Assembly (NCBI GenBank): GCA_010909165.1
Contig: MU008175.1
Location: 673,370-737,369 of the forward strand
Reading direction: 5' to 3'
DNA length: 64,000 bases
Source: Anthoceros angustus
Lineage: Eukaryota; Plantae; Anthocerotophyta
The notes under the pieces were generated by a model. It did not search any database, was not told where the DNA came from, and worked only from the letters and a program-made list of their open reading frames with translations. Numbering within the stretch: the first letter of the stretch is position 1; the number at the start of each line of letters is the position of its first letter. The position numbers and the translations under genes are program-made. This document shows, one piece after another, positions 1 to 11,361 of this stretch.

Positions 1-339
1 CGACCGTTTCCGCATACCTCGCAATCTTAATTTGTACGCTGCCATGGAAGGAAGCCCTTCGCACGCAAAAAGAAGCGGAAGACAAGAGGAGCGGATGTCA
101 TCCGCCAGGTCTCCTTTGCTAGACGCGATTGTTCAATGCAAATGATGGAGTCATATCACGCCCACGGAGACCGGGATATGCTATAGAAGAAGAGCATGAC
201 ACCTCCCATATTCCTTGTGCGAGAAGCTTGGCTAACGCTCGTTTCATGCGAAACCCGAGTAAACGCTGCGCCTAGAAGCATTGCGGATTCGGTTTGTCCT
301 GGACGTCGGAGGTCAGGTGTGCCATTGAGGAAAAGTGAT

Positions 340-608
340 GGGGCAGTTATCGCGAGTTTCGGAAACCATGTTGCAATGACATGTGTCTGCACAGGTTAAC
401 GAAGGAAAAATTTCAGGAGCAACGTTATCGTTTCCTCCGCATGGGAAGACAAGAACAGGAGACATTTCTCGAAACCCTGATGCATGTCCAACGAGGTAAT
501 GCGCGTAAAGCGTGGTTGTTCCTCATGTCATGGGCACAGCGATCAAGTGTTGTTTACGGGCATTTAGAAGAGTTTATTGCATTGGTCACAAAAGGTATGA
601 GGAACTAA
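340..608 (+). pseudogene. Possible DNA-transposase N-terminal relic (CCxxxC motif followed by an R..F....Q..FL helix)
   Basis: The frame of ORF 381..608 extends upstream as SYREFRKPCCNDMCLHRLTKEKFQEQRYRFLRMGRQEQETFLETLM. This resembles the Cys-rich N-terminal part of Sola-like transposases. No catalytic core is visible. Confidence 0.25.
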
Positions 609-819
609 AGAGCGGTTGAGGGAATTCATAAACAATGCGTATGAGAGAGGGGATGTAGTTAAGAGGGTGAAGTGGTAGGAGAGAGAGCAAGGTTCGTTAA
701 GATTGTAGGCCCAATGCGGAAAGAAATGACAAACTTAATACTAAGCTTCCAAATGATGCTGTGTTACAAGTGTAATATAAAATTGCAACAACGATCGTAA
801 TATTAGGGGCCATTTCTAG

Positions 820-3800
820 GTAGGGCTGAGTCCCTCCGGCTACCACACATCTTGTCAGTCTGGCCCAACGCCGTCCGCCGCTTCCTGACGAGCAAGGGTC
901 TCGCATCATTCAGCCTCGCACACACCACCACACTGCTAGGCTCGCTACCAAGGGACTCGGACTGCCCTCCGTGAGTCAGTCGCCAGCCTCGGCCAGTGAC
1001 TCAGACTCTACGCAGCAAGAAGATCACAAGGGCTCTGCAAGAAACGTGCGGTATCCATAGGCCCAAGAGAAAGATATTTTCTTTTACTAGGAGCGATCTG
1101 CCCTTATACTACGCCGCCCGGTCGGCGCCTTTTTATTACACTTATTCCGGAAAGGCCGATGGCGGTCAGCCAAGTGCCCCGAATCACCTCACCATCTCGC
1201 TCTCCCACCCATTCCTCGCTGCCGGCTGGTGGGCCTGGGATGCTCCTGGGTTCCGCCTTGGCGCTGATGACCCACCACCGCTCGACAATTGCGGGCGCGA
1301 CTCCAATCGGATGATCCGCGAGGCGGGACTCCCTTCTCTCCCCGAGAGACCACAGTTACACGCTGGCCTACCGACAACCACAGACTACCCACCATCCTCC
1401 TCTCTCCCTGCCTTTGATGGGGTCCCCGCCTGGTGAGGGGCTGACCGGTGGACCGCCTCCCTCCCCGAGCAAGCTCTGGGTGACTCCTCTCCTTCCCCGA
1501 AAGTCTGACCTTCCTGGTCCCGGCCTCGACTCCTCGGCCGACCAAGCTCTGGCCTTTTTATTTTTCGTAGTCCCGGACCTCGTGGTCCGGTCTGGCCTGT
1601 CAGGGGTTTCTGACTCAAGGTCCGACCCATTACTGGGTCCCGGCCTCAAGTCCCTGACCTCCCACCACCCCACCTCGAACGCTGGGGGCCCATCCTCCTC
1701 ACCGGCCCCTTCCCGCCTCTGGGTCCCCGCCATTCCTCCTTCCCCACCTCCTCTGGTCCTTGCTCCTATCCTTCCCCGGGCGGGTTGCTACCGGCTTTCC
1801 CTTGCCTGCCACGCTGGTCAAGGCACATGCCCTCCTCCGCACAGCACATTGCCACCGAACAAGGCCACCAAGGCCCCAAAGGTGGCTGCCCCATGCCTCT
1901 TCTCCTTCCTCCTTCTCCGACCCTCCTTCCTGAGGTCCGCTCTAGTCAGAAGTGTGCCAAGAAGCTTCCAACGCCTTTGAGGAGCTCAAAGGTGGTAGTA
2001 GGCAAAACCGAGCCAACTGGCCGGATTGCCTCCTCCATGCGCTTCGAGCACCCAAGATTTCTCTTCCATAAGTGCCCTAGAGCCGAGCTGCATTCTCCTC
2101 GGCTGTCGATCTGCCCTGCTGCCGCATTTGACTACACCGGAGCCTGGGCGTAATCTCTGTGGAGGCCACGAGGCAAGCAATCAAATCGCTGGCAGCAGGC
2201 TTGCCGACCGCCCGGAAAGCGAGATGGCTGAGAGCGTGCCGTGATGGAATCTGAGAGAGCAGCCTTGGACGGTAAAAGAAGCCGCTGGGTCCGGGGCCGA
2301 GGAAGCATGGAGGGGAGCGCCGCGCCATGGCAGAAAGTTGGCAAAGCAGAAAGTTTCAAACGACGAGTTTGAGCAGTGCGGAGCAAAGAACGGGTCAGCC
2401 GCAGGTTCTTCCTCCGATTTTGGCCACTTCGCCTCCTTCGCTCCATCGCCTACCTCTTCCTCGGGCCTCCAATGTAGCCGGAGTCGCCTCATTTCCCGCC
2501 TGTGATCCGGCGATCACACCTCAAGAGCCCGCTCCACTCATCGTATCTTGGAGCCGCAGCCTGGGTCTCATGGCTCTTCCATCTCCCCGCCGTTTCCTCC
2601 GCCCACGCAATCGAGCCTCAAGATCCTCTATCTCCTTGTTGCTTGCCTCTTTCTTCTCAAGACGGCTGGCTCAGGCTGCCTCCGCTAGCAGCCCGGTTGT
2701 CCCCGCCTCCCTCCACCGTGCCTGACCAGAATGATCACGCCGGTTTTGAAGGCCTCGCCTGCTACAAGGCCACCCCTCAGCTTCGCGGCCAGGTTGTTCC
2801 GCTGCCGCTCACCCGCCCGAGTCTCAGCCGGCCCCGCCTGCCCCCGGCCTCCAACTCCTCTGCGGCCGCTTCCGCTCGCAGAGGTCTCGCCGTGCTTGGG
2901 CCTCTCAGGTTTACTTGTTGTTCGCCACCAAGGATTTGTCTTGGCTCACGAATAGACCGACCTCCCGGCCTGCCTGCCGCCTCCTCGATCCGAGCGAGGA
3001 TTCTCGCCTTCCCTGCCTCCTGGCCTCCACTTGCTCCCCGGAGGGAGCACCATGCGCCCCCGGGTTGCCTCCACCTCCTCGGGTCTTCTCGCCGTCTCCC
3101 GAGAGCATCCCGGCCCATGACGGCAGCTGTGACCGCCTGTGTCTCTTCCACGCACATATGGGCACCCAAGAAGTCTCGTCAGGAGCGGCATTTCCCGTCT
3201 GCAAGGATCCCAGACCAAGGCCGGGAGGAGTCCGGACTTGATTCTCCGGACTGACCCTCGTGTCCCGCCTTCCACCTCCTTGGCCCGCTTAGCACTTCCA
3301 ACCTCTCCCGCCCGCCTGCTGGGCTTGGTAGGCGGTGAGGGGTCCGGAATCGGCGTTTCTCTCCTGCCGGAGTCGATGTGCTCTGCCCGGATGTGGCCGC
3401 TGCTGCCCCCGCCTTGAGCTGCCCTCCGCCTCTCTCTCCCCACGCCTCGCCTCCGCACCTCGCTGGTGGGGGGAGGCCCAGCGCCTCCTTGGCGCTGGTA
3501 GGGAGCCACCTTCCGCCTCTTGACGACTCGCCTGGCCCGCTGGCTCACGCTAGGGTGGTGGTTTGGTTGGACGGTAGGTGTTGCCAGCCGCCGCCTCCCT
3601 TCAGGGTGCTCCATCCGGCTGGCACCTCCGCCTCCGACTTCGAGGGAGGCGTGATGTCCTCCCATACCTCTCGGCGTGAGGGGGTCCGCTCCAATGGATG
3701 GAATCCTAATCCTCCCAATCATCCTCCTCCCCGCCTGCTTTGGCCTTAGGGAGGCCTGCCCCGCCTCCGCCAGCCCTTCTACCGGGCAGGGTCGCTTAAC

Positions 3801-5123
3801 CCTTTCCGGAGCGCCTGGCCTTCTCCCTCCTCCTTCTGGGGAGGTTGAGGTGTCTCGACATGGATGAGGAAGGAGATAGGTGCCGACGGAGGCTCACTCC
3901 ATAGCTTCCACGGCCTCCTGGGCGATCCGGCGAGGATGTCGCCCCCGGTTAGCCCGTTTGCCCTGGCAGCGTGCGGCAAGATTATCACCAAGGTGATCCA
4001 CCTTGGTGAGCATGTTCGATGGACAATGACCTTAGCCACGCCTCACCCGCCTATCCGGCAGTCCGACATCGGCCAGTTGACCCCGGGCGACCGTTGCGTC
4101 GGCCGAGATCGCCGCCTTCACCGCTTCTACCTCCTCACCTTGAGGGGCTACCACCCCAATTTCTTCCGTGATTTAAACCGCCTCAGACCTCCACGGTCCA
4201 CCTCCTAGGGTCCTCCTCAAGCTTTTGAGGCGGTCCTTGTTGTGACAGCCGGCATCTTCTGGCGTATTCTCGCGAGTGGCACGCGAAACGTCCAAACATC
4301 GAAGATGTTCAGTGCCATTTCTCCACCAAGTCCTCGCCTCCTCAGCCGAGTCGGGTGTCTCCGATAATGTTTGCGCTCCACCGGGCGCTGTGGCTCCCGA
4401 CCTGCCTTCTTGGGTCCCATCGCTGCGTCCTTCTTGCTCCATGGCGGGGCGATTGTTGGCGCCTGTTCCCTCTTCGCGCGCTGCTCCAACCACGAAGGTG
4501 AGCCGCGCGCGAAGGTGCCCGGAAAATAAGAGAGGCAGCGCCAAAGAGCGGGGTGGCGGGCGGGGAGATTGGCTCGTCGCGAGGTCACAAAGAGGAATGG
4601 CCTTCCTCCGAAGCCGGCGTCGGGAGTAGTCGCGGGAGGAGTGTCCTCGGCACAGCCGCGCCATGGCCTACTCCGATCTTACGCTTCCGCTTACTCGGCC
4701 TTACGCGCGCATACTCTAACCTTACGCCCAGGCGTACTCGGGGTGAATACCGCCTATAACTTGACCCGGCAACCCTACGGTCCTAATCTGTTTGCGCCTA
4801 CCACTCTGATCACCAGTCACGTGGCCCGTCATCTAAAACACACTCCAACTTAAGTTACTTTACTTGGCGCACTTATCTGGTCACGCGCCTGGGTGTGGTG
4901 GGACTTATCCCAATACTCGGGTGGTGGTAGGGCTTCTCCGAGTGTGCTGGGTCCTTGACCTACTCCGGTCTGAGTCCAAGATGAGTCCCGAGTACTCATG
5001 ATTATTTCATCCTTCCGCCTTTATTTTTCTACTCCGCACCTCTGAAAAAAAACAAAACCTAACTCATTTCCTACCCCGGAGAGAGTGGTAGTCCACAGTC
5101 TTGACTTAGCCTCGATCTTGTCA
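820..5123 (-). mobile_element. Degenerate GC-rich Ty3/gypsy-like retrotransposon relic
   Basis: Minus-strand fragments include an aspartic-protease-like stretch near 4000-4090 (PMSDCRIGG*GVAKVIVHR, cf. 'KKVIVDGGS') and a chromodomain-like stretch near 1200-1290 (RAVVGHQRQGGTQE). There are many broken ORFs. No intact RT motif or matching LTR pair could be found, so boundaries are approximate. Confidence 0.4.
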
Positions 5124-5389
5124 CTTACGCTTCAATTGTATCTTTGTTTGTTTGAGCTTGTGTTTTGAAGGCCTCATGGGCATTCCGACATCTATCTAGT
5201 GCGAGTTGGCCGGGGGCCATTGGCACATCAACACCTAGTAGTGTCTTGTCATGTTGTCGTATGCACATGTAGTGTGTGCTTGTCATGTCGTCGTCCTTTA
5301 TGCGATAATAATGCATGGCTGGTGGTGATAATGGTGGCGTCACCGGTGTGGCGATTTCTTGATGTCGTGTATTCACGCGGTGGAAGATG

Positions 5390-5585
5390 ACATTGTTGTT
5401 CATGCTATCATCATGTCACGTTGTACACCGTAAAGCATCTGTTCATCTTGTCATCACTTTGTCACTGTGCACAGCATCTGTTCATCATCATGTCACGTTG
5501 TGCACCTGTGGGCAATTGTTCATGCTGTCATCATGTCACTTTGTGCACTTGTGGGCATTTGTTCATGCTGTCGTCATGTCACGCC
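5390..5585. repeat. Imperfect tandem repeat (~35-43 bp units, core tgttcatgctgtcatcatgtcac)
   Basis: About five recurrences of tgttcat...catgtcac. Confidence 0.7.
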
Positions 5586-5604
5586 GTCCGAACCTGATCA
5601 AGTT

Positions 5605-6050
5605 CAGAACAATGTGAAAATAGCAACATCGGGGCACGACAGCTTGCATTAATTTGTTGTCCTGCTCGCAGCACATAGTGTTCATCCAATCGGGTTGTGC
5701 TCATCTCAAGACCGCAGAATGAACATGATCTATCAGAGCAACAAAACAGAAATCAGCAAAACCACAGCAGCGTTATACCACCAGAATTTTGGTCACAAGT
5801 CTTCAGAGCGAAAAACATTTTGTGAAACGGCTGCAAGCCTTGCAAAGCCCGTATAGTGTGACAACATAATCTAGCAAACTCAGCAACCAGAAACAGTGTG
5901 ACAACATAGTAGATCTGATAAACGCAGCCCCCAGAACAATGTGAAAATAGCAACATCGGGCACGGACACATTAATTTGTTCTCCACGCGATGCACAGTGT
6001 TGATCCAATCGGGTTGTGCTCATCTCAAGACCGCAGTTGATCATGAACCA
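5605..6050. repeat. ~120-bp dispersed direct repeat (about 5605-5730 and 5932-6048)
   Basis: Both copies share cagaacaatgtgaaaatagcaacatcggg...atccaatcgggttgtgctcatctcaagaccgcag. Confidence 0.8.
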
Positions 6051-6081
6051 CGAACTACGACTTCGGTAGTACTCACCTTCC

Positions 6082-7816
6082 TCAATTGCTTTCATAGACA
6101 TAGGCAATGACTTGTTCCTGGGCTTCGGTGGTTAGTCTATATAGCTGGACTTCTCCATCGTGCCCATGTGGTGCCATTGTGAACTTGCATGTTTGAACAA
6201 TTTGAGCTGGCAAAATGCATTCCTCCAGATCCCAAGGCAAGCTATACTTAGACTCGGGCAAATGCTTTTCCAACATGTAGTATTGTCCAACAACCACCTC
6301 CTCCCCAGCCTGGAATTCTCTTTTACTCCAAGGGCAATACCGAGACTCCAATAACGTGTGCTTGGCCTTAGTGCAAGTCAACAGGTAAAAATCCAACCCT
6401 TCATCTGCGGTGCCAAGACAAGGAAGTTATCTCCAACTTCCAAGATATACGCCATCTACGAGACATCAACAACATCATCATCCTCAATTGCTTCAATTGT
6501 TGGAAGTGCATGATCGGCAATCATCGGTCGAGGACTTGCGGTCAACCGCTTGTCGTGTTTATGCAGGGGCCGGACTCCATGAGGTGTGATTCGCACTAAC
6601 CTCAAAAGCCGACGAGGCACCATTTCACCCGAATGGTTGCTCTCCATACACTGCCGCGAAACATGCAAGGCTCCGCATTCGCAATTGCGTGGGGTCATGC
6701 ATGTCACAACCTCTGATGCATTTGCTTGGATCGGTATGGGGTCACAACCAAATTTGTTTGATTTACCTCTGTCTTCCAATGAGCCAAAACTTGTGCGCAT
6801 GATCGGCACTTGCATAAGAGCTCGCATCAGCAGAGATGTTTTCTGTGGGTACTCCACCACATCTCGCAGCATTTTCCATCCTGCCGGTGAGGGGACGACT
6901 CTGCGGCTCGCGAGCACGCTTCAAGATATGCACCATCGTGCTCCCCTTCCGTGCCCACTTCAAAATAAGACCAAAGCATGTTACACCCACGTGATGCTAG
7001 GATACCAGCAATGAAGTAGCTAGGCGACACGCTTTGAATTTAGCTGCCCCATCGGACCGGCACGGTGTTCTCGAGGTTGAGGGAATCCCGATCCTCGTGA
7101 TCCACCGCCACCGCTTTAGCAAACAAAGGTTGCACAAATAGAGTGTCATGGACCATGTCATCGCTAATATAAAAGTGATAGTACTTCTCAATTGATGCGC
7201 CAGGGTCCTGTGCATCAACAAGGCCATTGCGCCTGTAAAACCAACACCAAAATAGTAACACGGTCGTTACGCGATTGCATGGATTGAATCTCATTCTCCC
7301 AAATGCGTAGTTCTGAGCAAAATCGATCACTAAAACCACAACATCCTGTGGGAACCATTCGAGACAATGTCGAACTCTATCCCGCCATTGGATGTAATCA
7401 TGAAGCGAAACTCCTTCAGCCTTACCTTGGATACTCCACAAACACGGAAGGATGTGTTTCCTAAACACTAGTTTGATCCTTTTCTTGTCGTTGCCATCAA
7501 CATCCTTTCCGACTACCTGATATTGAAAACAGCGCCAGAACACATTTGCACGAATATCCAAACATGTCTCGAAGGCGGGAAGTGTGTTGACACCAGACCT
7601 GTGACATGTTCCTAGCAAGCATGCTAGGGAATGCCAGGCAGCATCCTCACCCTTTGCACAAAGAATGCGCTCACATACTGTCCTGACTAAAGCCAAACAA
7701 GTGGAGGCAGCGTTACAATGAAGCTCTTCTGAGTACATCGATGTGATTTTGTTTCCGATGACTCCAATAACCCAATTCACCATTACCGTGATGCGAAGCC
7801 GATAATTAAATTCCAT
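6082..7816 (-). pseudogene. Frameshifted DDD-type DNA transposase (Sola2-like)
   Basis: Motifs occur in order across several frames: Cys cluster (CERILC...WHSLACLLGTC), VIDFAQNY, HFYISDDMVHDTLFVQ, SDGAAKFK, WSYFE-GH/GKGEHDG, then CECGA and a C-terminal DFYLLTC...VVVGQYY block. This matches the DFxENY / SDG / HGKGxxDG signature I associate with Sola2 transposases. Confidence 0.7.
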
Positions 7817-8820
7817 GCTGATAATGTTATAATTGGTGGGAAAACCACTTTCAACTCGTAATAAAAATAACAGATTAAAAACCTCTTACCTTGTTGGTAA
7901 AACAAGTATTTCCCACAATAGGGAATTCCCCGTTTGCTTTTTGAATTTTGAACTAGACAGCAATTGTCAAGTAAGTGATGACCGGCTCATCTACCTAGCA
8001 GTACGACATCATGGTTTGACAAATTCGACAGACTGACATACGCGGACACCGAAGTGTGACCGATTGCCCACCTGGACAGGTTCACATCACCGTCCGGTCG
8101 GGTTCGCGTCACCGTGATATGATGAAACCCGGCGACTTCCATAATGGCACCACTGCGGACACTAACCAACCAGTTTGCATTTTCATTTCTATTTCTGGCA
8201 GGATGCACATGCGGTGACCTCCGGTACAGTTATAGGCCAACCCGAGACCGGAACCGGTGCCAATTGAACCGACAACCTTTACAGCACGTTAGTCTTATCT
8301 TTATGTCGTGTTGGATATGTCGGGTAAAATAACGCTATCATAGGGAAACCCCGCGTGATAAGTAGGCCCTATACGATATAACCACGTTTTGTTTGACGTG
8401 ATAAAAACACCCGATGTGTGGTAGTGTACGGAGATCAGATCGTTATCGGTGTCCGAATGTATGTCAGGAAAAAACTTGTGTGACTTGTTTGCTTTCTTGG
8501 TGCCGACGTGGCGCGCCACTTGGCTCGGTGACCAAGAGCGCCCAAAGAGAGCAAAGAATGGACTACGAACGACAAAGCTCGAGGCGTAGTCAACGGCCAC
8601 GGCTGAAACCAAATCAAGGATATAAGTGAGTTGTGGAATAGCAGTGTTGGACGGGACACATCCGCCGACTTGTTGCTATTTTCATATAGACTGGTTTAGA
8701 AGGAATTCTTTCTGGCTCTGTGCACGAAGCTAGAACTCCACTTGAGAGCCTCAAGCCAGGTGGCATGCCAACTCTGCACAAAACAAAAAAAAATCACAAA
8801 CAAGTTTCCTAAACTTGGGT

Positions 8821-8902
8821 GACGAGAATAGTATTTCATACGAATGAAGTTGTTTAGGACAGACGAGAATGGTATTTCATAGGAATGACGTTGTTTAGGA
8901 TA
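8821..8902. repeat. Two-copy ~41-bp tandem repeat
   Basis: gacgagaat(a/g)gtatttcata(c/g)gaatga(a/c)gttgtttagga, twice. Confidence 0.75.
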
Positions 8903-9143
8903 GAGGAAATTGATTCAAATTACCAACTGTTGATTAGGTCACAGAGGAATTACTTTAATTTAACAAGTGGTGGACACATCCAACAAGTACGGGTCCTTTT
9001 TGGCATCTGCTGTAGTTGCGTGCTTGTGATTTCCAGCCCTTGACGTGTGTTTGATGCCTTGCTTCCTAGCTAGGAGAAGAAGACTAAAAGCATAGCTGCT
9101 GCCTCACACACGAGGCTTGCTAATCTTCACACACAGTAAGCCA

Positions 9144-9939
9144 ATGGAAGACAGGTATGACTCACGGACATTGGACCAAACAATATTAGAGGCTTTCCGA
9201 TAGCAGAAACACTTCAGGTCCTTGTGGCAAGTTGAGATGACTGAAGGATCTTATGAAGAAGAAGGGTGGGGGGAGAGCCCAGTCAAGCATGCGGAAGGCT
9301 GTGCACATGCTCATTACTCTGATCTCTCTGAGGAAGAGGCAACGCTATACCAAATTTACAACTTCATGACATTTGTGTGCCTGCACCAGGCATGCACAAG
9401 TACATGGGCAATGCCGACTTTTGAGAAGGGGAGGCTACTTTATGCAGAAATCAGGGGACACGCCTTTCAAATTGCCTTTCAAATTGTTGTGTTTGTAGCC
9501 AACAGCTTGGTGCAAAGTCTAGTGACGCTTTTGAAGAACTTCGTTGAAAATATGCACGGGTGCTTTGGAATGCCATGAAGTTGTGGCAGGATACTCCCAA
9601 AGTGGCTCTGGGCATGGGGCTTGAAGCTCTTGAAGCGCTTGGAGTCTGGCGTACACTGGTGCACATGGCATCACGTCCCTTACTGGTATCCTAACGTCGA
9701 CGGTCATACAAATGACATTTGCCATGTAGAACTGCTCCTCGATGCAATGCAAACGGCTAACGAACAATCGAGAAGGTATTGGCATTTGACTTCTGAACAA
9801 CAATCCAGAAGATGTCGAAGGGTTCATCCCATCCCTCCTTTCTTAAGTACAATCCGTAAGGGCTGTACAGTACATTGGCCTTTTCGATGTACGTAGTTAG
9901 GCATTCAGTGTACCCAATGCAAGGTCTCGACTCTTCTAA
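9144..9939 (+). pseudogene. Putative decayed cytosine-C5 DNA methyltransferase
   Basis: Degenerate motifs lie in canonical order: PKVALGMGLEALEALGV (I-like, 9596-9646), HGITSLTGI/PNVDG (III to IV approach), PC at 9722-9727 followed by (Q)NCSSM, EDVEGF (VI-like, 9808-9825) and AFSVPNARSRLF (VIII-like, 9901-9936). The reconstruction needs several frameshifts and reads through TAA/TAG stops. Confidence 0.4.
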
Positions 9940-10000
9940 AGACGCAAACAAGTTTTCTGACCGAACGGCAGCGGTCCTCTAGCGGGGTTTCGCCGTCCAA

Positions 10001-10055
10001 CTTCTAGAAGCAGGTCGAGAATGTCCGACCGCTTACAGCTAGAAAGTTCTTGAAC
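10001..10055 (+). promoter_or_regulatory. Heat-shock elements upstream of the sHSP
   Basis: Perfect three-unit HSE aGAAagTTCttGAAc at 10041-10055 and cTTCtaGAAg at 10001-10010, about 190-240 bp before the ATG. Confidence 0.8.
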
Positions 10056-10240
10056 ATGGTGCTCGGACTTCTTAATCTGCGCATTGCCGGGACTATGGCA
10101 GTGCATGGTCGCTTCAAGTCAAGCGGACATCAGTTGGCAGCTGAAGCCAAGGCGATCTTGTGGCAGCGGAAGTGTACTGTCAAGTTTCGACAAGCTGCTT
10201 CGTGCGGGAAGCTTGCTCCACGGTGAAGAGTCTCTGATAG

Positions 10241-10833
10241 ATGGCGCTGGCTCCTTTCTTCTCAAGCCTGGGCAATGATGATGTTTGGGATCCCTTCGCT
10301 TTCAACCGGCTTTGGGACCCTTTCGAGAGCTTTGGACTAGCCGAAAGGACTCCTGCTCGTTCTTTTGCGAGGGATGCAACTGCAGTAGCCAGCACTAGGG
10401 TTGATTGGAAGGAAACACCAACGGCTCACATCTTCAGAGCAGATTTGCCTGGCACGTACCCCTGCTTGAAGAGCTTGAACTCCTTACTTCGGTTATCGCT
10501 GCATGTGTGCCTCACATGGGTAGAGTTTTTGACAGCCTGATCACTTGAATTCGTGTAGGTCTTAAGAAGGAAGAGGTGAAGGTGGAAGTGGAGGACGGCC
10601 ATGTGCTGAAAATCAGCGGAGAGCGCAGCAAGGAGGAGGTGCAGGAGACGGACAAGTGGCATCATGTGGAGCGCTCACACGGCCAATTCCTGCGGAAGTT
10701 CCGGCTGCCGAAGAATGTGAACTTTGATCAGGTGTCTGCTACTGTAGAAAACGGCGTGCTGACAGTCACGGTGCCAAAAGTTGAGGAGAAGAGGCCTGAA
10801 ACTCGCAACATCGACGTGTTATGGAGCCAATGA
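10241..10833 (+). CDS. HSP17: Cytosolic class I small heat shock protein (HSP17/18); exons 10241-10451 and 10559-10833, GC-AG intron
   Basis: Alpha-crystallin domain: VWDPF...[21 protein letters not shown]|[22 protein letters not shown]...[18 protein letters not shown]...[11 protein letters not shown]. Confidence 0.93.
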
Positions 10834-11361
10834 ATCAAATTGTGCCGAATTGAAAGCACACTGATGGGTTGGCATGTGTGTAGATGGTCAACAGCCTCCT
10901 CGAGACGGCATGGTCAAGAAACTGCGTCTAACAGTCTTCTGGATGTGCCTGCTATTCCTAGGGTCCGCTGTGGTGCACTTGTTTGCCCTTATGCAGCAGG
11001 ATCTAATAAATTGCAGGCAGTTATGTATGTAGTGATAATTTGGTAATAAAGCTTTGACTACCAACAACCAATCTCCCAACTTCATGTCTTCAGTTGCTCT
11101 CTCTCAATCCATCTGTAACTTTCTTACACACCCCTTGCTTATTCCTATGTACCTCGAAGTACATAATCTGTGCTTGCATATTTTTGTTTCTTTCTCCGTC
11201 TGTGCCTGCTCCTCACCACCAACCTAGAAAACTACGCACCTGTCCATCCTCTTCTACTCCCATGACTAATCATCTCGTGGCCTGCATCATACCTAGAATG
11301 TACTGTGAGTACATTAGGTACCAGCGCCCTCTAGATAAAGCCGCGCTTCAAGCTGGGAATG

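Noticed and set aside
847-5123. atcttgtca at about 848 and about 5115 as LTR termini
   Set aside because: Similarity does not extend beyond 9 bp, and no TSD, PBS or PPT could be established.
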